Positions 53,676 through 64,000 of a stretch of DNA of 64,000 bases are shown one piece after another. Location: contig OX597829.1 of assembly GCA_951406725.2 (NCBI GenBank), positions 42,532,001 through 42,596,000 of the forward strand. Direction: 5' to 3'. The position numbers and the translations under genes are program-made. The notes under the pieces were generated by a model that had not been told where the DNA came from, did no database searches, and saw only the letters and a list, made by a program, of their open reading frames with translations. Source of the stretch: Octopus vulgaris (lineage: Eukaryota). Positions within the stretch are counted from its first letter, which is position 1. Each line of letters begins with the position of its first letter.

Positions 53676-53939
53676 TTGTCGTCATCTCTTGTGAAAGGTA
53701 GGAGAGTCCAGTTTGCTGGACATTGTTGTAGAGCTGAAAACGAGGCAATTTCTACTCTTCTCTTCCGGAAGCCATCTACTCGCAACACCAGAGGGCGCAC
53801 ACTCTCCTACCCTGATGTAAACTCCAGGGATACAGGCATCCAGCAACAAGACCTCCGTAGTGCTATGATGGACCGTGAAGTCTGGCGTAGCATGGTAAAT
53901 TCCATTGTCTCGACTACGGTCGAACAATGATGATGATGA
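53676..53939 (+). mobile_element. RTE-clade LINE 3' end
   Basis: RRVQFAGHCCR...RGRTLSYPD...AMMDREVWRSMV followed directly by a (TGA)n tail. Confidence 0.8.
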
Positions 53940-54054
53940 CAATGGACTGGATTCTGCGTAATAGTAAATGCACGAACGGAACAGGCAGAGAATGACAAGT
54001 TAAAAAACATATAGTAAATGCACAGACGAACGGACAACAAACACAGAAGATCCC

Positions 54055-54460
54055 CAACAGGAGTGGCTGTGTGGCTGTGTGGTAAGTAGCTTGCTAACCA
54101 GACACATGTTTCCGGGTTCAGTCCCACTGCGTGGCATCTTGGGGAAGTGTCTTCTGCTATAGCCCCGGGCCGGCCTTGTGAGTGGATTTGGTAGACGGAA
54201 ACTGAAAGAAGCCTGTCGTATATATGTATATATATATATGTATGTGTGTGTATTTGTTTGTATGTCTGTGTTTGTGCCCCTAGCATTGCTTGACAACCGA
54301 TACTGGTGTGTTTACGTCCCCGTCACTTAGCGGTTTGGCAAAAGAGACCGATAGAATAATTACTGGGCTTACAAAGAATAAGTCCCGGGGTCGATTTGCT
54401 CGACTAAAGGCGGTGCTCCAGCATGGCCGCAGTCAAATGACTGAAACAAGTAAAAGAGTA
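54055..54460 (+). mobile_element. Full-length SINE family A
   Basis: A/B-box head, internal (TA)(TG), tail GAAACAAGTAAAAGAG. Confidence 0.88.
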
Positions 54461-55071
54461 ACTCTTCGTCAGTTATCGACCAAAGAGTTAAACGCAGTTT
54501 TGTGCCTTTAACAATAACATTGATTCCCTGCTGGTAGCAACCGGCAAGAGCTGCAGGGAAATGGTCCTGCGAACAGACAAACAATTAATGGATAAGCAAG
54601 CAATACAGAAGTGGACATACGAAAATTGATAAATGCAATGCAAGATGAGAACCGTTAGTGGACGGACGTGAGACAGAAAACGAAATAAATAAACAAGTAG
54701 AATGTAGCTGTAGGGCTGGATGAAGACGAAGTATGGATAACGCTAAGAGGGAAATTCCAAGCAGAAGGTCAACAGACAGGGAAAGAGTTCGCTTCAACGG
54801 CCGGTGTAAAAAAGAGAACGAGAGAAAAAATGCTGACCACTGGTCACGTGTCAGTAGCGAGCAGAGGGGACATAGAGGGTAGAGGAGAAAGAGAGTGAGT
54901 GTGAGACGAGAGATAAAGAGAGAGGGAGAGAGAGAGAGAAAGGAAGAGACAGAGAGAAAAAAAAAGAAGAAAGAAGAAAGGAAAGAAACAGAAATATTTA
55001 CTACAGGTTTTTAACTTATTAATCAACGGAAAAGATCATACCTATGGTTTTATTTGCAGCAACTTGTTTAC

Positions 55072-55174
<103 letters not shown>

Positions 55175-55614
55175 ACTATATAACTTCATCATATTCTTGT
55201 CCTTCATATTTTCTTCTTTCATTCCCTTTATACGACGTCCACATCCCTAGCCATGCTTTTATTTCCTGTTTTATTTACTTTCTGTTTCCTCCCCCACCTC
55301 CGTCTTAATCAAGAAACAATGCCTGGCACACACACCAGGTAAAAACGCACTTTTGATGCAGGTTTGAGGGAGTGCAACTCCGATGTCTAAAACCGCCAAT
55401 ATTACGAACATTTTCATTTTGAAGATTTGCGTGAACTGGCGTTGAAAGTAGAAGTGTTACAGAAACGATAGTAACTGATCATTAAAGGTGTGTTAAAATC
55501 TCTGTCTTCTTTTTCGGAGTATATGTATACACACACACACACACACACACACATGCGCACATACACACACAAACACACACATATGTATATATATGTGTGT
55601 GTGTCTGTGTATGC

Positions 55615-55654
<40 letters not shown>

Positions 55655-55684
55655 GTATATATATACGTGCGTGTATATGTATGC

Positions 55685-55722
<38 letters not shown>

Positions 55723-55936
55723 ACATATACACGCACGTATATATATACATATACATATATATATATATATATATATGCACGCACACACACACACATATGT
55801 ATGTGCGTGTGTGTGTGGATACATATATATATATAAAATACATATACATACCTATCAATTTATATATTTTGCGTATATATTCACAAATACATGCAGAACT
55901 ATATATATATGTATATATTCATATACACATATTAAA

Positions 55937-55974
<38 letters not shown>

Positions 55975-57253
55975 GTGTGTGTGTGCGCGTGCGTGTGTGT
56001 GTGTGTGTGTGTGCAAATGTGTGTGTGCGTGTGCGTGGGTGTGCGTGTGTATACACACACCACATACATGCAGAAACAAAAGTAAAAATAGCAATTAGAA
56101 ATTTACTTCCAACGTGTGTATATTTGCTCACGTTGTTCTTAGTTCTCGTATTAAGAGTATTCTCAAAAATTCTGAGATACCTTTTTCATCTTTTTTTTTA
56201 ACCCTTGTTTTTTCTTTATATTGTGTGTTTTTTTCCTATATTATTTTCTCTAAATGTTTCTCTTTCTGTATTTATTGCTGCGACTGATATCCCCTTTCAG
56301 AGAGGTTTGCAAAATATGCGCAGAATCCAAACAATTATTTATAGCATACACAGACTCTCTGTCTTCAGCTTCTCTCTTATTTCGAGTATATTTGCTTTAA
56401 GTAAATATTTTTCGCGTGGTCAAATCCTTTCGGGTGAATGAGGACATTTTGAGTTTCACCACCCAGACATTTCGAGGAGAGGTATCAGTATGGGTCAATT
56501 TTTTAAAAAAATATTACACTGGTTGAAATAGAGTTGATTTGCAAACTCGTAAGAGTGTCTTACAAATGCTTTCCTGTAATCCTTTTCCAGATCATTAGGT
56601 TCTGAGTTCAAAAATTCTCAAGGTAATTTGGTGTGAGTGTGTGCGGTGGGGAGGAGGCTCGATAAAATACCAGTCAAGTGCTGGTGTATATTGAATCGAT
56701 TATTTTCGTTCCCTTAAAATTGCTGGGCGTTTGAGCCTAAATCGGAAGCCATTATTATATCGTTAGAGAGATCAAGATTAGTTATAGTATCTATTTACAA
56801 ACATATTCCAATTTCAAATACCGCTTCGGTCAGCATTATCTATAATCACTCCTTGGCCGATAAAATTAGATTTCAATCAAGTTCTGGGATTAATTTAGTC
56901 GACAATACTCTATCATCCAAAAAGGGGGTGTTTGGCTCCATTTATAAATAATTCTTCAAGACATTCATCGCAATTTCTGGAACGTTTATGTATCTGCATA
57001 TATACATACATATCAGTCTATTTATCTATCTAAATCTGTATCTGCATGTTTTAATAATCCTTTCTATATAACGCCCAAGGCCTGAAGTTTCAGGGTGGCT
57101 GGTCGATTATATCAACTATAGTGCTCGACTGGTATTTATTTTTATCGATTCCAAAAATATCAAGGGCAAAGACGATCTAGGAAGAATTTGAAGTCAGAAC
57201 GTAACGACGGACAACATGTCGCTAAACATTTTGTCCAGTGGGCTAAGCATTCT

Positions 57254-57668
57254 TATTTCTTTACTGCCCACAAGGGGTTGCGCACAGAGGGGACAAACAA
57301 GGACAGACAAACGGATTAAGTCGATTATATCGTCCCAAATGCATAACTGGTACTTATTTAATTAACCCCGAAAGGATGAAAGGCAAAGTCGACCTCGGCG
57401 GAATTTGAACTCACAACGTAACGGCAGATGAAATACCTATTTCTTTATTACCCACAAGGGGCTAAACACAGAGGGAACAAACAAGGACAGACATAGGTAT
57501 TAAGTCGATTACATCGACCCCAGTGCGGAACTGGTACTTAATTTATCGACCCCGAAAGGATGAAAGGCAAAGTCGACCTCGGCGGAATTTGAACTCACAA
57601 CGTAACGGCAGACGAAATACCGCTAAGCATTTCGCCCGGCGTGCTAACGTTTCTGCCAGCTCGCCGCT
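57254..57668 (-). mobile_element. Dimeric Meta-domain SINE among older diverged copies (about 57060-57900)
   Basis: Junction GAAATACCTATTTCTTT as in the other multimers. Confidence 0.8.
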
Positions 57669-58890
57669 TGTATATCGACACCGGAAGTATGAAGGGCAAA
57701 GTCGATCAGGGGGTATTTGAAGTCAGAACGTAAAGACCGACAAAATGTCGCTAATTATTTTGTCCGGTGGGCTAACGATTCTTCTAGCTCACCGCTTGTA
57801 TATCGACTTCTAAAGTATGAAGGGCCAAGTCAGAACGTAAAGACGGACGAAATGTCGCTAAACATTTTGTCCGGAGGGCTATCGATCCTGCTAGCTCACC
57901 GCTTTGTCTATACGCTTTAATGATAAAGGCTACTGGTATCACCTTTCATTCGGAGACATAACAGCAGTTTAAGAAATGCCATGATGAGAATTAACGTACA
58001 CGGCAGTCAAGAATAAAACACAACAGGATTCATATCCTATCTTGAGTAACACAAATTACTAATTGTAAGTATATTTACAAAATCGGTTATGCAAATATGA
58101 ATATAGTTTTATTATAAATATACATTTAAAGACATAAATAAATGTTATCTTTTTTTTTTATTTTAAAAGAATTTTCAACATACCAGAGTCAAATTTATAA
58201 GAAAATTAATTTGGACTGAGACTTGAAGTTTTGCATAACTTTTGGCAACACATGCAATTTCAATGAAAACCAATTATAAAATAATTATAGTCATACATAT
58301 TACATTGATGTATATATGTGCAGGCACTCTCTGAATCTCTTTATATTACTTCATTTATAATATCATTAGCATTATTTAAATCATTTTCTGTCTTTTTAGA
58401 TCGATACACTTGTTTCTATGAATGAAATATAAGTTCTCGAGCCAATGAATGAGCTTGAACTGGGTCGCTTGACTGATTCAGAAAAGCCAACAGATTTTCC
58501 TCAGATTAAAACCATAGCATCTTAAAATAACTCCAAGTCACATTAAATAATGTAGTCCTCAATAACCATAACAGGACGGCTAGTTACGCAATTGGTTATA
58601 GGTTTGCTTACTCTGTGTAGAATATGGGGTTAAACAACAACTCTTAAGTCTGATAAAAAAGCGGTAAGAAAGCAATCCGGGTTAAATTTATCATGGCCGC
58701 TTTATAAATTCACTTAGGCGACAGGTTGATAAACACATGAAAGCCCTATAATCCTCTTTCTTCAATGCTGCTATCGGTGAAAAATATTGTACCTACATAC
58801 TTAGATATTGAGCAGGTTGTATCGATTGCTGTTGTAAGCATGGGATAATATATGTTTTTATGGTGATTGCTTCGCAATCATCGAAGTAAT

Positions 58891-58984
58891 ATTTCGATCT
58901 CAACGAATCACGAATTTTTTTTTCCTTTTGCAAAAAGTTAACAAGTCATGAATACCCTTTAATTGTATTTGTTTCTGTGATATG

Positions 58985-59064
<80 letters not shown>

Positions 59065-59123
59065 CTTACCACAGAAACAAATACAATTTGTTACCCTTTA
59101 ATTGTATTTGTTTCTGTGGTAAG

Positions 59124-59168
<45 letters not shown>

Positions 59169-59241
59169 AATACCCCTTAATTGTATTTGTTTCTTTTTGC
59201 AAAAGGGAAAAAATAAATTCGTGATTCCTTGAGATCGAAAT
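58891..59241. repeat. Nested inverted/tandem (fold-back) structure around two (TA)n tracts
   Basis: Outer arms 58891-58937 and 59193-59241; inner motif AATTGTATTTGTTTC at 58961(+), 59074(-), 59100(+), 59179(+). Confidence 0.85.
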
Positions 59242-59660
59242 GTACAACTGTTTCGGAGAACTTTCAGGCCTGGACCTATGGATAACTTCCAGAAATTCCT
59301 TTCCTGGCAGTGATACCGAGGTGCGCTGCCCGTCCGGGATAAACTTTACAAGCACGGAAATGCTGTCAGCCGAACCTGTCCGAGGTGAGCGCAGAGCGAC
59401 GAAACCGTTCTGCACGCCCTCGTTCAGTGCCCGAGCATTGCTGACCTGTGGCTTTATGTCGAACAATTGCTGTTGCGTGGAGAACGGATCTGGCTATCAG
59501 TTGAATCCATAGTGAAGATTGCCCCGCCACCTTCCTTCAGCCGGGAGGGGCAGGCAATTTTTATTTGTCTGGTGATTGTAGCGAAAAAGGTAGTATGGTG
59601 GATTCGTTTGAAAGGGCTAAATTCTTCTTTGGCCAAGCCTTCATCAACTTCTTCACGTTT
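59180..59660 (-). mobile_element. Possible Penelope-like element 3' relic
   Basis: Minus fragments LAKEEFSPFKR and GGGA..SLWIQLI resemble a GIY-YIG C-terminus; downstream CCGAAACAGTTGTAC resembles a hammerhead 3' half. Confidence 0.35.
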
Positions 59661-59661
59661 C

Positions 59662-59950
59662 ACTTCTTCTTCTCTTCTTCTTCTTCTTCTTCTTCTTCTT
59701 CTTCTTCTTCTTCTTCTTCTTCTTCTTCTTCTTCTTCTTCTTCTTCTTCTTCTTCTTCTTCTTCTTCTTCTTCTTCTTCTTCTTCTTCTTCTTCTTCTTC
59801 TTCTTCTTCTTCTTCTTCTTCTTCTTCTTCTTCTTCTTCTTCTTCTTCTTCTTCTTCTTCTTCTTCTTCTTCTTCTTCTTCTTCTTCTTCTTCTTCTTCT
59901 TCTTCTTCTTCTTCTTCTTCTTCTTCTTCTTCTTCTTCTTCTTCTTCTTC
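59662..59950. repeat. (CTT)n microsatellite
   Basis: Direct reading. Confidence 0.98.
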
Positions 59951-61045
59951 GTGGCATTGTATTTGTACAAGTTAACTCTCACCCATTTGTACAAGTTAAG
60001 TTTCACCCAGGGACAAGTTAGAATTTGATGTTGGTGTTATGCCAAGGGTGTCATATATTTCGATGTGCACATAGTATTCTTTAAGAAATCATAAGAAAAG
60101 TATGAGTTTGTTTTAAAACTTGAGATTAAATAGACAGTATTTTACGTAAGATATGGGCAGTTCCCATGGGCACTATCTTTTAAATTTCTGCCATTTGGCG
60201 GGTTTCCTGGTATCTGAGCTAGGTAGCAATCAGTCCCTTTTGCTATCATTCCTAGGGCACCTATGACAACAGGTACTGCTTTAGTTTTGAAGTTCCACAT
60301 TTTTCTAATTTCTATTTCAAGATCTTTATACTTGCTCAGTTTGTGGGAGGTCTTGACAGATACGTTTATTTCGATTGGGACAGTCATATCAATGAGGAGA
60401 CATGCTTTTTGTCTGAAGTCTTTGAATATGATGTCGGCCTATTCACATCTATCTTTCAGTCAGTTTGAATAGTGAAGTTCCAGAGGAGTGAAATGTGGTC
60501 ATTTTCAAGCACTGGAGGTGGTTTGTGTCCCCACCAGTTTTTATCATGGTGTAGATCCAGGTTTTTTCAAATTACCCAGTGAATATATTGTGCTGTTCTA
60601 TCATGCCTCATGAGAAACTTTGTAGACACAAGAAGACTGCATTTGGAGACAACATGATCAATGGTTTCATTTTGTTGTTGACATACACGACATGTTGATC
60701 TACTGCCGTTCTTTAATATGTTGGCCTAGTAGTTTCTTGTTGGTAAGCATTGATCTTGGGCTGCTATGATAAACCCTTTTGCTTCAGATTTTAAGCTAGC
60801 AGACACTATCCATTGATGGGTAAGGGCTTGGCAACATCGGCACTATTAGTTCTCTGAGTATTTGCCATTGAGAGGTTTTTCTTGCCATTTATCAGTCAGA
60901 ATATCTAAATCAGCAGTTTTAGCACGGGTTTTCATACGCTTAGCTTTTTCTGTGCTTCATTCTAGTACGTCTAATTCTGGAATTTGTTGTATTTCGAATT
61001 CACTTAGATATTCCTTTGCCCGTTTTGTTACTGTGTGATGCTTTC
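59951..61045 (-). mobile_element. Degenerate R4/Dong-like retrotransposon 3' part
   Basis: KLSKYKDLEIEIRKMWNFKTKAVPVVIGALGMI, RPDII, AAQDQCL, CRVC..ETIDHVVS; 5' flank is (TAA/TGA/TAG)n on minus. Confidence 0.8.
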
Positions 61046-61101
61046 TTGTTTTATTAATATTATTATCATCATCATCATCATCATTATCATCATCATCATC
61101 A

Positions 61102-61201
<100 letters not shown>

Positions 61202-61867
61202 AACATTATTTTTGGTACTCTGAAGAAAATAACAAGTATCACGAATTAAATGAAGAGAACCGAGTTTATTCGTAGTTTCCCTTATTTTTCAAAAAGACAT
61301 AGCTATGTCGGACAGAAGACAATTCCGGCGACAAAACGAATGAACTCCGTACATTACAGTAGGACACATACAAGAAACACTGAAATGCTAGAAATAACAA
61401 CTTAAACTAAATCCTCTTTATTCTTCTGACAAAAGGATAGGTTGCAAAATGAAATCACAAGTACGCACTGTAGATGTAAATAAATAAATAAATGAGATAC
61501 GAGGAGCATGGTTAGAAAATACTGGTAACAGACACGCTTGATTATAACAGATCTCAGGAGACGGCCACAAGAAAACAACTGGAACGACAATAACATCAAG
61601 TGTGTGTGTGTGTCTGCGTGTATATATATATAAATATATATATATGTATATATGTATATATGTGTGTGCGTGTGAGTGTGTGTGTGTGTGCGTGTGTGTG
61701 TGTGTGTGTGCGTCTGTCCGTGTGTGTGTGTGTGTTTGTATATTCAGGTGATTGCATTTGTTTATTGTGTTACTCTTCGTTGTTTTCAGGTATTAGCTTC
61801 TTGCGCCATTTCTGTGTCTTTCTGTCTCTGTCTAACTCCCCCTCACTCACTCCCCCTCCTCCTCCCT

Positions 61868-61906
<39 letters not shown>

Positions 61907-62144
61907 GTGCACATAAATCTGCATCTATATTTGTATGTGTGTATATATATATATATACACGCGCGCACACACATACACACATACACACATATATTTATGT
62001 GTATATATTGATATAGACACACAGATATCTTCATATAGATGTACGCGTGTGGTGGGGTCCGTGTGTGTACGCACACACGACTGCACATGCAAGCGTACGC
62101 CCATACATATTTTTGATATATTTTTCGATCCTATCAGTTCATAG

Positions 62145-62180
<36 letters not shown>

Positions 62181-62966
62181 GCATTTAGCCAATAATATGT
62201 AAGTGTACATATACACGCATACACACACACGCAAAGCAAACAAATATGGGTGCTAGCCTTGTGTCATGACATGCGTGGACCTTTTCTAGCGCACGTGTCG
62301 TAGTGTGTATGTAACGACAATCACACCGTTTTTATATTTGCACGTTTGTACTTCCGTACATTATCTTCCTTATCGGGTTCAGAAATGTGCACGCATGTGC
62401 TGGTTTCGGAGATTTCTATGGAATAATGTCGGTAGGTTGGATTGATTTGGGATAAAAAGCGGTACGAGCGGGCGGGCGTTGGTTGGTGTTGTAGCAGTTA
62501 AGATTTTATATGCCATTTGCACGGGGAGTATATGTGAAGTGTGGAGTGGGAAAAATAGATAAGCACTCTGCATGCAAGGAATGACCATTATGGTGATCGA
62601 CGACTTTTCTCCTGTTTGCTTTTGAACGGCCATGGCATTAGTGACCCCTCCCTCCTCCTCCCTGCTCCCAGTTAAGAAAGGATCAATGGATCCGTTTTTG
62701 CTTGAAGTTTGTCCCAGACTTAGTTGCAGCTGACATTAATAGTGTGCAAGACAAGGTCGAGGAAATTCCTGATCACTGGGTATGCACAAGCACCAGGTGA
62801 TTCCAGTTCTAGTTTAACCTATCATCTTTGCGTCTTGTCAAACCTTTGACCCTCTGTTCATGTGTTACTGTCCAGGTCAGTTTGAGAAATGAAATTCTTG
62901 CGATCACATAAAGTTGAGGGTCAACAGCAACAACAATAATTACAATAATTATGATGATGATGATAA

Positions 62967-63025
<59 letters not shown>

Positions 63026-63276
63026 ATAATAATAATAATAATAATAGTAATGACCCTTTCTACTAAAGGCACACGGCCTGAGATTGGAGTGGGAAACTAG
63101 TCGATTGCATCGACTTTTTGTGTTTCACTGGCACTTAATTTATCGTCGCCATTATGATGAAAGACAAAGTCGACTTCAGCGGAATTTGAACTGAGAACAA
63201 TCGACTAGCAAATTACAAGTATGCATTTAGTGCAGCGTGCTTACAATTCTGCTAGCTCACCTCCTTAATAAAAATT

Positions 63277-63326
<50 letters not shown>

Positions 63327-63339
63327 AATGATAATGATG

Positions 63340-63382
<43 letters not shown>

Positions 63383-63418
63383 TGATGATGATGATAATAA
63401 TAATAATAATAATAATGA

Positions 63419-63480
<62 letters not shown>

Positions 63481-63516
63481 TGATGATGATGATAATAATA
63501 ATAATAATAATAATGA

Positions 63517-63599
<83 letters not shown>

Positions 63600-63621
63600 T
63601 AATAATAATAAGATAATAATA

Positions 63622-64000
63622 CAGTTCTTTCCAGAAGGAAGAGTGGGAGAAGTCCGTTCAGTTGCCAGGATTGTAGCGAAACCGAGGAAAAGAGCTTAAG
63701 CTGGTATGTAAAAGATTCCGTAGAAACACTGTTGAAACATATGAAAAAGTCCAGTGTCATCAAAATTGATAAGTATGTAAAGAATGAGAAAGTTAAAGAG
63801 GATAAGAAAAAGCATAGGGGAAAGAAATGTATGGTCAGTTTGCAAGAGATACGAACGTCAAGCCAGATGTAGAAGGCCAATGGCTATGGATGAGGAGGAG
63901 TGACCAGAAGATAGAGCCAGAAGCGCTCATATGCGCAGCTTAAGAACAAGCGTTAAGGACTAACTATGTGAAGTGTAGAATCGATAACACTACCGACAGT
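63622..64000 (+). mobile_element. R4/Dong-like fragment following (TAA)n, runs off the window
   Basis: SLSWYVKDSVE, MYGQF, WLWMRRSD...EALICAA*EQALRTNYVKCRID, similar to 13204-13566. Confidence 0.75.

Noticed and set aside
59098-59466. 122-aa minus ORF as a host exon
   Set aside because: No recognisable domain; runs into a TA repeat; better explained as a retroelement terminal region

Overview
Repeat-saturated, AT-rich eukaryotic DNA with no recognisable host protein-coding exon. The SINE families, (TAA)n-targeted R4/Dong-like LINEs and the extreme (TA)/(CA)/(CATA)/(TAA) microsatellite load point to an octopod cephalopod (Octopus) intron or intergenic region; this is inference. Almost all listed ORFs are microsatellite artefacts. 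Real content: a nest of restriction-like-endonuclease (R4/Dong) retrotransposon pieces at about 5.9-14.1 kb whose polarity flips at a TTA-to-TAA switch; several tRNA-derived SINE families, including Meta-domain SINE multimers; a non-autonomous Helitron; and mariner, Chapaev-like, L1/Tx1, RTE and Penelope-like relics. The most striking item is a very young ~352-bp non-coding repeat at 46637-47829, arranged as tandem plus inverted copies inside a (TA)n tract. It carries three perfect type I hammerhead ribozymes, the signature of a retrozyme or Penelope-dependent circular-RNA element. Further unrelated hammerhead motifs occur at 46455, 33561 and 31381. All folds were paired by eye and many boundaries are approximate.
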